Source: a virus. Taken from it: a stretch of DNA of 35,577 nt. The translations under genes were made by a program, and so were the position numbers. A model generated the notes under the pieces. The model made no database searches. It was not told where the DNA came from and worked only from the letters and a program-made list of their open reading frames with translations. The DNA lies in the IMG/VR virus record IMGVR_UViG_3300002134_000021, positions 1-35,577 of that record, one strand, 5' to 3'. How positions within the stretch are numbered: the first letter of the stretch is position 1; the number at the start of each line of letters is the position of its first letter. This document shows, piece after piece, positions 14,365 to 21,851 of the stretch.

Positions 14365-16251
14365 TTAGCCTTTTTCTTTGATTACAACTTGCTCCCATAC
14401 GTGACGGCAGTAAGGCGTTGTGATGTTCGTTCCTTTGCGCGTCCAAAAGCCTCCACGTCTTAACCACACGTTGCGGTCTTCCGTCATTCCAACTTGTTGA
14501 ATCTGTGCGCTGTCCCAAACCCTTGACGCTGATTCGTTGACCATGCGTTTACAAAATTCGCGCGTAGTTGGCAGTACGTCTGCTCCGCTTGCTTCGCCTG
14601 ACTTAACGTAACGATAAGCCACCTTGAAAGTCACCTCCAAAGGGTCTGCATTTGATAGGGCGTTAGTGCCTTGCGGTGTAATTGTTGCCACGCGTTGCGC
14701 TGATTCGGATATAACGTCCTCGGCAATGGTCAGGAAGTTCGATGCTGTCAACGATTGGATAGCCGTTACAACCTCTTCCATTGTAGTTTCCAGTTGAGCC
14801 GCTATTGACGCCCATGTAGCCGTAGGGTTCTCTTTTAGAATTTCCAATACCGCAAAGTTGAAAGCGTCAGAAGCGAATCCGTATCGTTTTAATAGCTTTT
14901 CAGACCGTTGTAATTCACTTTCTGAATTGAATCTAACCTGTTTTCCTTTGCCAACAATCTCGTATTTATCTAACGAATAACCAAGAGTTGAGAAACTGTC
15001 GCAAATACGCATTTCAATTTCATGGTCTTCTTTTGCTAGTTGTAATTCAGTTGACATTTGAACGGGTGTAACTGGAGCAAGCCCCATATCTTCCCGAATC
15101 TCGTCAGTTGTCATTACGCTCGCGCGTGTTGCCTCTGAATACTCGCGCCCGATTGGTTCGGTATCTGCTATGTAAATACGTCCATCAAATCCTTGAACGC
15201 CCAACAGACCGTTAAAGATTTCTTCTAAGAACCTTTGCCGCCCGTTTACGTATGTGTTTTGGAATAGTTCGTAACTATCTCGAACCTGTGAACGGCTAGA
15301 GAATATACCGTCTTCCTTGATTCCGAATAGTTGAGGGTCAACGATTCTATGCCCTGCAAAGATTTCAGTTTGAACCGTTTTGTTTAATGTATCAAATCGC
15401 TTATCAAAGTCGTTGCCGTTTAACGCTATAATCTCCGCGCCTTGTTCCTTGCTATCGTTGAAATTTAACACCAACTTATTAGCGTTGTCCGAACCGCTAA
15501 ACTTGTCGTAAAGTTTACGCTCAATGACTGATTGTTCTTCCTCTGTTGGTTGCCCATTGAAGAAGTTTATCATTGTGCCACCCATAAACCCGTTCTTAAT
15601 TGAGTTCAAATGGAAGTTTGCGATTTCCTTATCCATTTCAATGTACGGAACACAACCCAAGTATTCAGGTAGGGGGTAGGCTTGCCCCATTGGATGGTAA
15701 GACTTCACATAAAGTAAAGACTTGCCGCCTACGTTAGCAGGGTTAAATGGTGCGATGTACTCAATTTCGGGTTGATTCTTTGACCAATCTTCCGAATAGT
15801 AATAGCCGTCTAAATCTTTTGCCTTTCGATACTTTGCGAAGTCACAATGATAAATCGCTGAAATTTTTTCAAGCGTCTTGTTGCTGATAATCTCAAAGCA
15901 GAAACCACCGTAAATTTCAAGATCTAATGTAGCTTTGAAAAGCAGCGTATTCAAGTCTTCAGAACTATTCGGACGCTTAACGAATTGGTTGATTTTAGCG
16001 ATTGATTCGGTGTTCAATCCTGATTCGTCAATCATCCAACCGTTGCCGACAATGTAATCGGTCTTACCTTGAACAATAGCGTGATGCTTTGCGCTTGAAT
16101 TGTAAAGGTCTAGCAGGTAGTCAGGATAGCGATTTTTCCACGGTCTTTCGACACCGTACATAATCCAGTCCTTTGACCTTTCTTCCTTGAATTGCGGCAC
16201 GTTATGCGCTGCTAAATCAATCACGAATGTTCTATCTCCTTTATTAGCCAT
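14365..16251 (-). CDS. Portal protein with a MuF/gp7-like C-terminal extension
   Basis: Size and N-terminal pattern (RYPDYLLDLYNSSAKHHAIVQGKTDYIVGNGW) are portal-like. The last ~90 aa carry TTREFCKRMV...TTPYCRHVWE, resembling the MuF T..C...CRC/CRH motif pair. Confidence 0.65.
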   Translation of the reverse strand: MANKGDRTFVIDLAAHNVPQFKEERSKDWIMYGVERPWKNRYPDYLLDLYNSSAKHHAIVQGKTDYIVGNGWMIDESGLNTESIAKINQFVKRPNSSEDLNTLLFKATLDLEIYGGFCFEIISNKTLEKISAIYHCDFAKYRKAKDLDGYYYSEDWSKNQPEIEYIAPFNPANVGGKSLLYVKSYHPMGQAYPLPEYLGCVPYIEMDKEIANFHLNSIKNGFMGGTMINFFNGQPTEEEQSVIERKLYDKFSGSDNANKLVLNFNDSKEQGAEIIALNGNDFDKRFDTLNKTVQTEIFAGHRIVDPQLFGIKEDGIFSSRSQVRDSYELFQNTYVNGRQRFLEEIFNGLLGVQGFDGRIYIADTEPIGREYSEATRASVMTTDEIREDMGLAPVTPVQMSTELQLAKEDHEIEMRICDSFSTLGYSLDKYEIVGKGKQVRFNSESELQRSEKLLKRYGFASDAFNFAVLEILKENPTATWASIAAQLETTMEEVVTAIQSLTASNFLTIAEDVISESAQRVATITPQGTNALSNADPLEVTFKVAYRYVKSGEASGADVLPTTREFCKRMVNESASRVWDSAQIQQVGMTEDRNVWLRRGGFWTRKGTNITTPYCRHVWEQVVIKEKG

Positions 16252-16624
16252 TGTAAACTACGTATGTTGCCGTGTTGTCGTAAGTTGTTGTTGTAGGAAC
16301 TACGCCACTAACTAAACACATTCCCGATTCTAATAGCGTCAAACCTGTCGGGTCTAAGTTAACCGCGCTTGAATTAGCGTAAATAAAATACTTGTATTCT
16401 CCAGTTGCTAAATCTACCTCCGCGTCCGTTGCTGTTGGGTTGACCATATCTGTAATAGTGAACGCATTGTAACGCGCAGGATATGGCGAAGTGTCATCAG
16501 CTACGCAGTACGCGCTGATGTTAGTAGCCAACGAAAAGAACTTAAACAAGTAGTGACTTGCGCTACCCTTTTCAGTTGTCGTTACCACTACTAGATTCGC
16601 GCTATCTTGCGTTAGTCTTATCAT
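16244..16624 (-). CDS. Hypothetical virion protein
   Basis: 126-aa beta-rich ORF in the structural module. Confidence 0.55.
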   Translation of the reverse strand: MIRLTQDSANLVVVTTTEKGSASHYLFKFFSLATNISAYCVADDTSPYPARYNAFTITDMVNPTATDAEVDLATGEYKYFIYANSSAVNLDPTGLTLLESGMCLVSGVVPTTTTYDNTATYVVYNG

Positions 16625-17058
16625 GTACTTGCAACGAAGTATTCAAGGTCAACCGCAGCCGTGTCAGCTATTGCACTGATTGAAGTAATATCAGCCCATG
16701 AACTAAACGATGAAGCCGTTTCAATCTTACCGTTGTGTAATTCAAAAGTCTTACCTGCTCCTAAGTATATCCAAGCATCATCCGTAGCCGATGTGATGTG
16801 TAGGCTCAAAAAGTTAGTATCATCTTTATTCGTGAACCTTCCGTAAACAATACCCGAACGGGTGAACGTTCCAGCAGCGTTAGCTGAACCATAATTAACA
16901 ATCGTAATTTCTGAAGTCGGAACGGTAACGATACGTTCATCAATCTCGTTAACGTTAGCAATGGTCAACGTATTAGTGTTGCCGTATGTCTTATTGTTTA
17001 ACGAAACGGATTCTGTGATTGATACCGTAAGCGTTGCAGGTGTAATTGTAGTTGCCAT
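16621..17058 (-). CDS. Hypothetical virion protein
   Basis: 145-aa Thr/Ser-rich ORF preceded by a GCTATTTA box. Confidence 0.55.
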   Translation of the reverse strand: MATTITPATLTVSITESVSLNNKTYGNTNTLTIANVNEIDERIVTVPTSEITIVNYGSANAAGTFTRSGIVYGRFTNKDDTNFLSLHITSATDDAWIYLGAGKTFELHNGKIETASSFSSWADITSISAIADTAAVDLEYFVAST

Positions 17059-17071
17059 TTAGATAGTCTTT

Positions 17072-17084
17072 GCTAGTAAATAGC
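17072..17084 (-). promoter_or_regulatory. GCTATTTA dyad box (GCTATTTACTAGC)
   Basis: Plus strand gctagtaaatagc, 14 nt upstream of the ATG at 17058. Confidence 0.5.
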
Positions 17085-17103
17085 GAATAGGTAAAATTGT
17101 TTG

Positions 17104-17132
17104 AAAACAAAAAACCCCATCCGAAGACAGGG
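17104..17132 (-). terminator. Rho-independent terminator after the 172-aa structural gene
   Basis: The minus-strand RNA reads CCCUGUC-UUCG-GAUGGGG, then UUUUUUGUUUU. Two G-U pairs exist only in the minus-strand transcript. Confidence 0.7.
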
Positions 17133-17157
17133 TTCAATGAAAAAGAGAAGAATGATA

Positions 17158-17676
17158 TTAGTGAGTGATGCTAGTCAAATCAGTAGATGAAACGTTCACC
17201 ATTGGGTTAGGCTCCATTCCTGTGAACGTCATAGTGTATCCGTTCAAGTCAGCAGCCGCAACTCCCGAACCTCCTGTTCCTGAAGTGAAATCTAATCCGT
17301 TCGTTTGACCAATAGCCCAATACTGTGGGGTTGCCTCACGTGTTTCAACGATTGCTACAACTCTATTTTTGCAAAGCAATTGTATCTCGTTGCGTTTAGT
17401 AACGTCTAACTTAGACAGAATGAAAGTCAAAGAAGGTACATAGTAGAAAGTGCCTTTGTTACTTCCTGCCGTTGGGTCATCATTGAAAGAACTTTCTTCC
17501 TTGTCTAATTCGTATTTGTAGAACACCGCAGATGGTGAACCAAATGTGACCGCTCCCGTTGCATAAGCAGGGTTCAGCGATTCAAAGTCTGACAAAGTGC
17601 AGAAACGCACACTTTTCAAACCCCCAATGCTGTCCTTGCAATCTAAAACGAAGCCCTGACTAAGTGCACATGACAT
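17158..17676 (-). CDS. Abundant virion structural protein (tail tube or capsid decoration candidate)
   Basis: 172 aa directly after the capsid gene. It shares the capsid gene's A-rich leader and is bracketed by two UUCG hairpins. Confidence 0.5.
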   Translation of the reverse strand: MSCALSQGFVLDCKDSIGGLKSVRFCTLSDFESLNPAYATGAVTFGSPSAVFYKYELDKEESSFNDDPTAGSNKGTFYYVPSLTFILSKLDVTKRNEIQLLCKNRVVAIVETREATPQYWAIGQTNGLDFTSGTGGSGVAAADLNGYTMTFTGMEPNPMVNVSSTDLTSITH

Positions 17677-17698
17677 ATTTTTTGTTTTTAAAGGTTAT
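17677..17698 (-). promoter_or_regulatory. A-rich translation leader shared with the capsid gene
   Basis: The minus strand reads ATAACCTTTAAAAACAAAAAAT-ATG, compared with GTAAAAAAACCTTAAAAACATAAAAA-ATG at 18691..18716. Confidence 0.5.
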
Positions 17699-17722
17699 GG
17701 GGTCGAACCGAAGCCCGACCCC
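17699..17722 (-). other. Strong 10-bp UUCG-tetraloop hairpin between the capsid gene and the next gene
   Basis: The minus-strand RNA reads GGGGUCGGGC-UUCG-GUUCGACCCC. No U-run follows it. Confidence 0.7.
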
Positions 17723-17733
17723 GTTAATTCAAT

Positions 17734-18690
17734 TTAAGGAAGGATGGTGATTACTTCCGCAGGGAACGCAACCTGTACACCTACCTTGAACTCCATTGCC
17801 AACTTTACAACTCGGTCATCTTGTGAGTACCAAGTTTCAAGGCTGTTGAAGTCACCTTCAGCATCTACTCCGATGAACATATTGCTCAACCTTGCAGCGT
17901 AAAGTTTGTTTGTTCCGTTCAATCCAACTACTGGAATAACTCGTAGACCTGTTCCCGGAAAGCTAAGTCCATCTGCTGAATTAGGGTCTACGTTTGCACC
18001 TCCCAAACCGTTAAGGTAAGTTCCGTATGTAAGACCTGCGTTCATCAATCCTGTTACCAAAGCAGCGTAGTCATCATATCCAACGAATACTCTGAAGTCA
18101 TCGAACTCGGTAAGACCTGCAACCGCAGCCGCTTGATAAACCAATTTTTGAGCCGATACAGCTTGTGTAGGGTCTCCCAAATCTGTGATAGTGTTACCGC
18201 TATCCGCATCAGTAGTACCTGAAGAAAGAAGCGTTACATAACCATCCCAATGACCGTTATTACCTGCTCCGATTCCGTCCTCACCTTTCCAAATTGCGAT
18301 GTCAATATCTCTTGCGATTTGCTTAGTGTATTGAGCCATGATTGCTTGCCATACGTAATCAGGTGTTACTGATTCGTGATGTGCGCCAGCCGCCATTTCA
18401 GCAGAAAGGTATTTCGGTTCAAGGTCTTTAGGACACCATGAATCGTTAATCTTTACTTTACCTGGTGTCAATGTTCTTTGTGTGAACACGGTTGAACCTG
18501 AAGCAGCAAAGCTACAAGCGTCATCTTGGAAGATAACCGTTTGTGATAGTTGAGGCAGCTTTGAAGGTGCTTTAATGTTTGGTACTACGGTTGCAAGACT
18601 CATCATCTTTGCACCTAGTACCGTTGCAGTCATCAATTCAAATTGATTCTCTGCCGTGTAGTCTACTAGACCTGCTACGTTGAAACTCAT
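17734..18690 (-). CDS. Major capsid protein (HK97-fold type)
   Basis: 318 aa following the protease and scaffold genes, with a typical capsid-family pattern (IDIAIWKGE...WDGY...; C-terminus FKVGVQVAFPAEV). It has a strong A-rich leader and a downstream hairpin. Confidence 0.8.
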   Translation of the reverse strand: MSFNVAGLVDYTAENQFELMTATVLGAKMMSLATVVPNIKAPSKLPQLSQTVIFQDDACSFAASGSTVFTQRTLTPGKVKINDSWCPKDLEPKYLSAEMAAGAHHESVTPDYVWQAIMAQYTKQIARDIDIAIWKGEDGIGAGNNGHWDGYVTLLSSGTTDADSGNTITDLGDPTQAVSAQKLVYQAAAVAGLTEFDDFRVFVGYDDYAALVTGLMNAGLTYGTYLNGLGGANVDPNSADGLSFPGTGLRVIPVVGLNGTNKLYAARLSNMFIGVDAEGDFNSLETWYSQDDRVVKLAMEFKVGVQVAFPAEVITILP

Positions 18691-18712
18691 TTTTTATGTT
18701 TTTAAGGTTTTT
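18691..18712 (-). promoter_or_regulatory. A-rich translation leader of the capsid gene
   Basis: See 17677..17698. The shared core is AACCTT(T)AAAAACA(T/A)AAAAA. Confidence 0.5.
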
Positions 18713-19342
18713 TTACTTGTTTAGTGATTGTCTAACCTTAGAGAAATCGAACTTGCTCGGCTCCTTATCAGCGAAAGGGTTGTAAGGTTTCTTCTTTGGT
18801 TCTTGTGTTGGTGTGCCTGCGAACTTTTGAACGATGTCAATTAGTTCGGTCATTGATTCTTTCAATACCTTGTTTTCAGCTTTAAGGCTTGCGACCTCTT
18901 TAACGCTTGCAAACTTTAGGTTGTTGATTTTGGCTACGATTGCCTCGTTCAATTTGTTCATTACGTTGTTGGTCAATTCCTCAACGTTAAGCCCTTTAGG
19001 AACTTCAGCGATAACTGGTGCTTCTTCGCTCATTTCTTCCTCAACCACATCTTCAACAGGTGCTTCGATTGGAATGATTTCGATGATTACACCACCTTCA
19101 GTTTTGATAACGTCACCTGATTCTAGTTCGTGCGAAGCGTCAGGTGCTTCGGCCATTGAACCATCTTCGCTGATTACTTGAACGGTTGCGCCTATTTCAA
19201 TCGCAGGTTCGATTCTTACAATCGTTCCGTCAATCAGTTTAGCGTCTTCAAGTGCTATGGCTTCGGGGGCTTGTTCCTCGGCTAATACTTTCTTAATTGC
19301 TGAAAGTTTAGCTGTTACTCGTTCTCTTAGTGTCTTTTCCAT
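18713..19342 (-). CDS. Scaffolding protein
   Basis: 209 aa, very acidic (EAPVEDVVEEEMSEEAP) with a coiled-coil C-terminus. It lies between the protease and capsid genes. Confidence 0.65.
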   Translation of the reverse strand: MEKTLRERVTAKLSAIKKVLAEEQAPEAIALEDAKLIDGTIVRIEPAIEIGATVQVISEDGSMAEAPDASHELESGDVIKTEGGVIIEIIPIEAPVEDVVEEEMSEEAPVIAEVPKGLNVEELTNNVMNKLNEAIVAKINNLKFASVKEVASLKAENKVLKESMTELIDIVQKFAGTPTQEPKKKPYNPFADKEPSKFDFSKVRQSLNK

Positions 19343-19392
19343 TTTTCACGTTTATACTATCTTAATAGCGTAAACATGGAAGGTGTTGCATT

Positions 19393-19968
19393 TTATGCTT
19401 CTGACAGTACTCTAATCACTTCGTCAATCAGCTTTTTGTCTAGTTCCTTTTCTGATTTGTCGGTAAAGATTCCTTCAATCGAAAAGCCTCGGAACGTGCC
19501 GTCTTTAACCTTCGCCCATACATCATCATTCTCAACCTTCATCGTTCCGAACCATGAACCATTCGGCAACTTAGCGAATCCTTCGGGAGTACGCTTTCGT
19601 TCGTCAATGATGAATGATTCAACCAAGTAAACACCCTCAGCTTTATCGGTATGGTCTAGGTTGACATTGGAGGTGTAACCGTTCTTGAAGTATCGGTGTA
19701 CAATCTTCTTAATTGTATCAGCATCGAAGCGCACGTAGTATTCTCCAATGTTCTCATCTCTTCGGTATATCGGCAAATCGGCTACCATTATCGCGCCCAT
19801 AATTAGCCGTTGTTCTTCGTTGTCAACCTTGAACTCTAGCTTCGGTGCTTGGGCGTTAAACGCCATCCATTCACGTTCGATTGCAGGTGTGTCAACTAAT
19901 GCAATAAAATCAACGCCCGTTTCTTCGTGGTCGTCAATTGTCATGTTAATCAAAGGGAACTTTTCCAT
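19393..19968 (-). CDS. XkdF-like prohead protease
   Basis: VDFIALVDTPAIEREW...GAIMVADLPIYRRD...VNLDHT...WAKVKDGTFRGFSIEG resembles the PBSX XkdF family. It sits upstream of the scaffold and capsid genes. Confidence 0.65.
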   Translation of the reverse strand: MEKFPLINMTIDDHEETGVDFIALVDTPAIEREWMAFNAQAPKLEFKVDNEEQRLIMGAIMVADLPIYRRDENIGEYYVRFDADTIKKIVHRYFKNGYTSNVNLDHTDKAEGVYLVESFIIDERKRTPEGFAKLPNGSWFGTMKVENDDVWAKVKDGTFRGFSIEGIFTDKSEKELDKKLIDEVIRVLSEA

Positions 19969-19981
19969 GCTGATAAATAGC
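19969..19981 (-). promoter_or_regulatory. GCTATTTA dyad box (GCTATTTATCAGC) abutting the ATG
   Basis: Plus strand ccatgctgataaatagc. The box ends at the base before the ATG at 19968. Confidence 0.5.
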
Positions 19982-20000
19982 TAGTTTGTAAAATTGTTGT

Positions 20001-21851
20001 TTAACCGCCTCCGAACTCCGCTTGTCCTTGTATTTGGTTTATGTTATTCTGTGAACCCGTTACTTGTGTTTCCACAACAAAGGCTTGAATAGGCATCAAT
20101 TCAGCTTGATTTGTATTCCCTAAATCAGTTGTGTTTGTTGTAACGGGGTTGAATGATGGGGGCGCGGCACTTGCAGACGATACGTTAACACTTGGTGTAA
20201 CAGCCGAACCGCCTGCTGGAACTTTATTTAGCATAGATGTAGCCGATGCTATTGCGCCAACAACAGTACCAACCATTGTAGAAATATATGACACTAACAA
20301 AAACGGTGCTGCTGGCCCCCCTGCGGATGCGGCTGATGTTGCCCCTGCTATCGCTTGACCTATTGATACAGCCGTACTGATTGCAAGTTCCGAAATGGCT
20401 AAAACCTTAGACGCTGCTAATCCTGCTTTTCCTTGATTTTCTACTGCCGAAGCTATCGAACCCAAAGCAGAACCAACGTCTAAAGCCGCTTGTATTTTAA
20501 TATTTTTTAGTTTTTCTTCTTCGTCTTTTATTTTCTTGTTATGCGCTTTCTCTTTGTCTAAGCCTTCCTTATTATACTTATCTATTATTGCTTGCCTCTC
20601 AATTAGTCCTATCGCCTCTAGTTGGTCGCGTAGTTGTCGCTCCATCTCGTTTGCGCCCATTATACCCTCCAATCTCCTTTCAAGAATAAGGTCGGCAAGT
20701 GCTAATTCCTTTGCCTCGCCATCTTCCATCAATGCAAGTTTAGCGTCTTGGAGTTGTTGGTATATTTCAACCTCCCTAGCCGCCACCTTGTCTTCAAGTG
20801 AAAACTTTATCTCCGCTTGCTTTTCAAGTTCTTCTGTTTCCTTCTTTAGCCTTTCAAGTTCAGCGATAGCGGCTGCCGCTTTCTTTTCGTTTAGGTCTTT
20901 TATTCTAGCTTGTTCAGCCGTTGCCCTTGCTGTCCTTTCCGCTTCTATTTGTTGCTCAAGCGTATTGAGTTTGTTTTGGAGTGTCGTTTGAAGTTCAAGG
21001 CTTTCCGCTTTCAGATTAGCCCGCTTAATTTCAGCGTCTGCCAACTTCTGCATAGCCTCCTCATTGGTTTCGTTGAGTGCGTTCTGTGTCTTGATTATCC
21101 GAACTTCTTCTTCAGCGTTGGCAAGTCTTCGCGCTAATAACTCCTCTTCAATCTTGCCCGCATCACGCGCGGCCTTCGACCTCTTTTCAAATGATAGCCC
21201 GATGTCCTCCGCGTCCTTGTTCAACCGCTTTATTTCCGCGCGAAGGTTAGCCGTATCAACTTCAAGTTCTCTGTTGGATACCTTTAGATTGTTCAACGCC
21301 TTCTCAAGTGCAATAGCTGATTTTACGTCCTTCGCTATCTCGTCACCAAGACCAGTGAACGAATTTTTCAGCGTATTGATTGAACCCGAAAAGTCACCTT
21401 TAACGAACTTTATCATCGCCTCGGCAACTCCGATAATCACATCTTTAAGCGAACCCATGACAGCACCAAGACCAGCCATGATAACACGTAACTTCTGCGC
21501 CCCTCTTTCAGTTTCGCCAAAGAACGTCTTAAAGATTCCAATAATTGAGCCAACAACAACACCGATAGCCGCCAAAGCCATTCCCAACGGAGTAGCAAGG
21601 AACGCAAGAGCCGCCAATGTCATTGACTTAATGCCCGCAGCAAATCCCAAAGCCGCGCCTGTTGCACCGCCTAACTGACCACCTAATTGTTTAGCGTTAT
21701 CGGCTGCTGCGCTAAAGCCTCCGCCCATTTCTTTAGAGGTCTTCTTGGTAGCCTCACCAAGCTCTTCAACTCCTTTAGTGGTCTTCTTTACGCTTGCGCC
21801 TACCTCGGAAGTATCGACAACTATCTTAAATGCTACTTCTTTATTTGCCAT
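20001..21851 (-). CDS. Tape-measure-like or internal (ejection) virion protein
   Basis: 616 aa with a long central E/K/A coiled coil flanked by Gly/Ala-rich hydrophobic segments (GAALGFAAGIKSMTLAALAFLATPLGMALAAIGVVVG and AGGPAAPFLLVSYISTMVGTVVGAIA). Confidence 0.55.
   Translation of the reverse strand: MANKEVAFKIVVDTSEVGASVKKTTKGVEELGEATKKTSKEMGGGFSAAADNAKQLGGQLGGATGAALGFAAGIKSMTLAALAFLATPLGMALAAIGVVVGSIIGIFKTFFGETERGAQKLRVIMAGLGAVMGSLKDVIIGVAEAMIKFVKGDFSGSINTLKNSFTGLGDEIAKDVKSAIALEKALNNLKVSNRELEVDTANLRAEIKRLNKDAEDIGLSFEKRSKAARDAGKIEEELLARRLANAEEEVRIIKTQNALNETNEEAMQKLADAEIKRANLKAESLELQTTLQNKLNTLEQQIEAERTARATAEQARIKDLNEKKAAAAIAELERLKKETEELEKQAEIKFSLEDKVAAREVEIYQQLQDAKLALMEDGEAKELALADLILERRLEGIMGANEMERQLRDQLEAIGLIERQAIIDKYNKEGLDKEKAHNKKIKDEEEKLKNIKIQAALDVGSALGSIASAVENQGKAGLAASKVLAISELAISTAVSIGQAIAGATSAASAGGPAAPFLLVSYISTMVGTVVGAIASATSMLNKVPAGGSAVTPSVNVSSASAAPPSFNPVTTNTTDLGNTNQAELMPIQAFVVETQVTGSQNNINQIQGQAEFGGG

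Noticed and set aside
17699-17722. tRNA-like GC-rich stem (ggggtcgaaccgaagcccgacccc)
   Set aside because: It is a single hairpin only. No acceptor, D or anticodon arms exist in the 57-nt intergenic space, so it is interpreted as an mRNA 3' structure.
21064-21678. Long plus-strand ORFs (204 aa here; also 20536..20991, 18834..19181, 20131..20358, 20910..21137, 12479..12661, 6720..6998, 4329..4643, 2202..2441, 983..1189)
   Set aside because: All lie antisense inside well-supported minus-strand genes. They have low-complexity Ser/Ala/Leu-rich translations typical of shadow frames opposite E/K/A-rich coiled coils, and they break the uniform gene orientation.
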